From contig JBHLNT010000003.1 in the NCBI GenBank assembly GCA_048941265.1, forward strand, positions 20,701 through 84,700: a stretch of DNA of 64,000 nt, written 5' to 3'. Positions 61,831 through 64,000 of this stretch are shown one piece after another. The DNA is from Promethearchaeota archaeon. GTDB taxonomy: Archaea; Asgardarchaeota; Lokiarchaeia; Sigyniarchaeales; SOKP01. The position numbers and the translations under genes were made by a program. The notes under the pieces are model-generated. The model saw nothing but the letters and a program-made list of their open reading frames with translations. It searched no databases and had not been told where the DNA came from. The stretch's first letter is position 1; the number at the start of each line of letters is the position of its first letter.

Positions 61831-62061
61831 ATGTGTAATAAATGCGAATGTGATGGTATAGACCAATGTTCCATAGTTGGCTATCAACCTTTTGGTGCTT
61901 GTTGTACATTGTGTGTTCATTATGATGTGGAACACACTTGTCCAAATTATCAAATGGTTGCCAAGAAAATAACAGTTTCTCAAGGGAAACTATTTAATGT
62001 TGCACCAAAGGAAAAAGCCAAGTCCAAAGCTATGACCGTCTCAGTGGAGAAATTTCCTTAA
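61831..62061 (+). CDS. 8-Cys microprotein, tandem copy 1
   Basis: MCNKCECDGIDQCSIVGYQPFGACCTLCVHYDVEHTC; alternative ATG 61819. Confidence 0.75.
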   Translation: MCNKCECDGIDQCSIVGYQPFGACCTLCVHYDVEHTCPNYQMVAKKITVSQGKLFNVAPKEKAKSKAMTVSVEKFP

Positions 62062-62095
62062 AAAATTTCATAAACACTAAGGGGCGGGAAGAAAA

Positions 62096-62347
62096 GTGTG
62101 TAATTACTGTGAATGCGAAAATATGGACAAATGTTCAATAGTCGGCAATATTCCCTTAGGATTTTGTTGTCCTAAGTGTAAATTTTATACAGGAGCGCAT
62201 ACCTGCTTAAACTCGAGGATTAGAACTCAGGACAAAATCAAAGCGATAACGAAAAAAATAGAAGCTCTTCGTGAAGCTTTTAGTAAAAATGGCAATTCTT
62301 CCGAAGAGGAGGAAGAAGAAGCACAAGAGCTTGAAAAATATCCTTAA
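62096..62347 (+). CDS. 8-Cys microprotein, tandem copy 2
   Basis: MCNYCECENMDKCSIVGNIPLGFCCPKCKFYTGAHTC; GTG start. Confidence 0.75.
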   Translation: MCNYCECENMDKCSIVGNIPLGFCCPKCKFYTGAHTCLNSRIRTQDKIKAITKKIEALREAFSKNGNSSEEEEEEAQELEKYP

Positions 62348-62401
62348 AAAAAAAAATCAAAAATTCCTTTAAAATTTTGTAAAAGGGAGGTTAAATAAAA
62401 A

Positions 62402-62689
62402 ATGTGTAATAATTGTAATTGCGAGAATTATGATAAATGTTCGATAGTTGGGTATATGCCTATAGGGTTTTGTTGTTCTAAATGCGATCTTTATGATGAA
62501 CAGCATACTTGTTTAAACATTAAGACGAAACGAAAAACCCCGTTAAGTCAGCAAGATAAAGAAAAACGAGATGAATTGATACCGATTAGTACTACTATAG
62601 AAAATGGAGTAGTAAAGGTTGTGGTCGGTAAGAAAGATAAGAAAAAAGAGATATATATTGATCTTCAAAAACACCTAGAGTCGCAATAA
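62402..62689 (+). CDS. 8-Cys microprotein, tandem copy 3
   Basis: MCNNCNCENYDKCSIVGYMPIGFCCSKCDLYDEQHTC; GGAGG upstream. Confidence 0.78.
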   Translation: MCNNCNCENYDKCSIVGYMPIGFCCSKCDLYDEQHTCLNIKTKRKTPLSQQDKEKRDELIPISTTIENGVVKVVVGKKDKKKEIYIDLQKHLESQ

Positions 62690-62970
62690 ACGAATAATTT
62701 GAAAAATGAATACTATGTTAAATCTTTGACAGCAGAGATGGTTAAAATATCGGAGAATTCCAATATAAACAGAATAAGTAATCAAATATACTAAAAATTA
62801 TCAAAGATCACAAACGATATTTGAAGATTTGTATCATTTCCAAAAGTTTAAGGAAAGATGTGATAAATTATAATAATTTGTATAATTCCTCTTTTCGAAA
62901 AATAATAAAAACTTTATAAAATTTAAAGTATAAACAAAAACAAGAAATAATAAAAAAATAGGGTGTTGAC

Positions 62971-63471
62971 ATGAGTGTCATCAATTTTGAGTTTAGGAAT
63001 GAAGTAATGAAGCATAATGCCTCTTTGTCATATTGTTATCAATGTTCTACGTGTTCAGGAGGTTGTCCAGTAGCTTTGATAACAGAAGGGAAATATAATC
63101 CCAGAAAAATTATTGAAGAGGCGATTTTAGGTTTACAAAATAAATTGGTAATAGACCAAGATCCAAATCCTTGGTTATGTTCGACTTGTCAGAAATGTGT
63201 TGAACTATGTCCCCAAAAGGTAGAATTAACAGAGATTTTTAATCTAATCAAAAACCTATGTTTTGAAGAAGGAAAGTTTCCGGAGGCATTTACAGCACAA
63301 GGACAAGCAGTTTTAGAGTATGGTATCGCAATTCCCTATTCAAAAGCGATTATAACAAGGAGGGAAAAATTAGGACTGCCAAATATAAGCACTGCTCCTG
63401 TTGATGAGATACATAAGCTATTAAATGAAACGGAATTTGAAAAAAACATAAATAGGGGGGCTAATAAATAA
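62971..63471 (+). CDS. hdrC: Heterodisulfide reductase subunit C
   Basis: CYQCSTCSGGCP, WLCSTCQKCVELCPQ; followed by hdrB. Confidence 0.9.
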   Translation: MSVINFEFRNEVMKHNASLSYCYQCSTCSGGCPVALITEGKYNPRKIIEEAILGLQNKLVIDQDPNPWLCSTCQKCVELCPQKVELTEIFNLIKNLCFEEGKFPEAFTAQGQAVLEYGIAIPYSKAIITRREKLGLPNISTAPVDEIHKLLNETEFEKNINRGANK

Positions 63472-64000
63472 TGGTATATGATCTATTTTTAGGTTGCGTA
63501 ATTCCCGCAAGGCTCCCTTATTTGGAAGCCTCTGCGAGAAAGGTATTTGAAAAACTCGGCATTGAATTGAAGGATGTCGACGGATTTAGCTGTTGCCCCG
63601 ACCCAACGGGGATCGAGCTTATAGATCATAAAACATGGCTTGTTTTAGGAGCGAGAAATTTAAGTTTAAGCAATAATAATGGCGGTGTTATATCTTTTTG
63701 CTCCGGTTGTGTGGAAACGCTCAAGGGGGTGAATTTTTTTATTAATAAGGATCTCACCGTTAAGAAAGAAGTGAATAGATATTTACAAAAGATCGGTAAA
63801 ATGTATGATGGTAAGACTGTGGTTAAGCATTTTGCGGAAGTTCTCTATGAAAATCTCGAAAATGTCAAGGAAACTGTGGAAAAGCCTTTAAAAGGGTTTA
63901 AAGTGGCAGTTCATTATGGATGTCATTATTTACGTCCTTCAGAGATTATAGCATGGGATGATCCGTTTGAACCAGTTACTGTTGATGAAATAATAAAAGT
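63471..64000 (+). CDS. hdrB: Heterodisulfide reductase subunit B (truncated by window end)
   Basis: TAATG overlap with hdrC; MVYDLFLGCVIP...FSCCPDP...CSGC...AVHYGCHYLRP. Confidence 0.9.
   Translation, partial: MVYDLFLGCVIPARLPYLEASARKVFEKLGIELKDVDGFSCCPDPTGIELIDHKTWLVLGARNLSLSNNNGGVISFCSGCVETLKGVNFFINKDLTVKKEVNRYLQKIGKMYDGKTVVKHFAEVLYENLENVKETVEKPLKGFKVAVHYGCHYLRPSEIIAWDDPFEPVTVDEIIK

Noticed and set aside
1-64000. tRNA, rRNA, CRISPR array or intact transposase
   Set aside because: None recognised by eye; the GGTTCGA words noticed lie inside coding regions.

Overview
AT-rich archaeal DNA with a gene set typical of Asgard archaea (Lokiarchaeia-like). It carries Rag-, Rab- and MglA-type small GTPases, HEAT/LRR, arrestin-like, DENN-like, LITAF-like and PCI-like proteins, a Loki-CTERM surface protein, TBP and a glycine cleavage operon. 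The centre (~19.8-38.7 kb) is a large flavin/Fe-S cluster: three HdrA, two MvhD, two FrhB-like, two HdrD/GlcF-like and two GlcD-like genes; hdrC/hdrB lie at the right edge. The strongest signal missed by the ORF track is a selenoprotein operon. hdrA (19786-21747) has three in-frame TGA codons and mvhD (21770-22210) has two. All five fall where Cys paralogs in the same window have Cys, and a single eukaryote-type SECIS-like hairpin follows (~22211-22280). Other hidden signals are probable ATA/ATT/CTG start codons, an Ig-like domain shared by an FrhB protein and an arrestin-like protein near the Rag GTPase, a tandem triplet of 8-Cys microproteins, a pair of unannotated paralogous ~55-aa proteins, a repeat conserved only at the peptide level, a structured non-coding segment at ~59.95-60.16 kb, and several gene relics. 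I recognised no tRNA, rRNA or CRISPR array. All calls come from reading motifs by eye; no database search was run.
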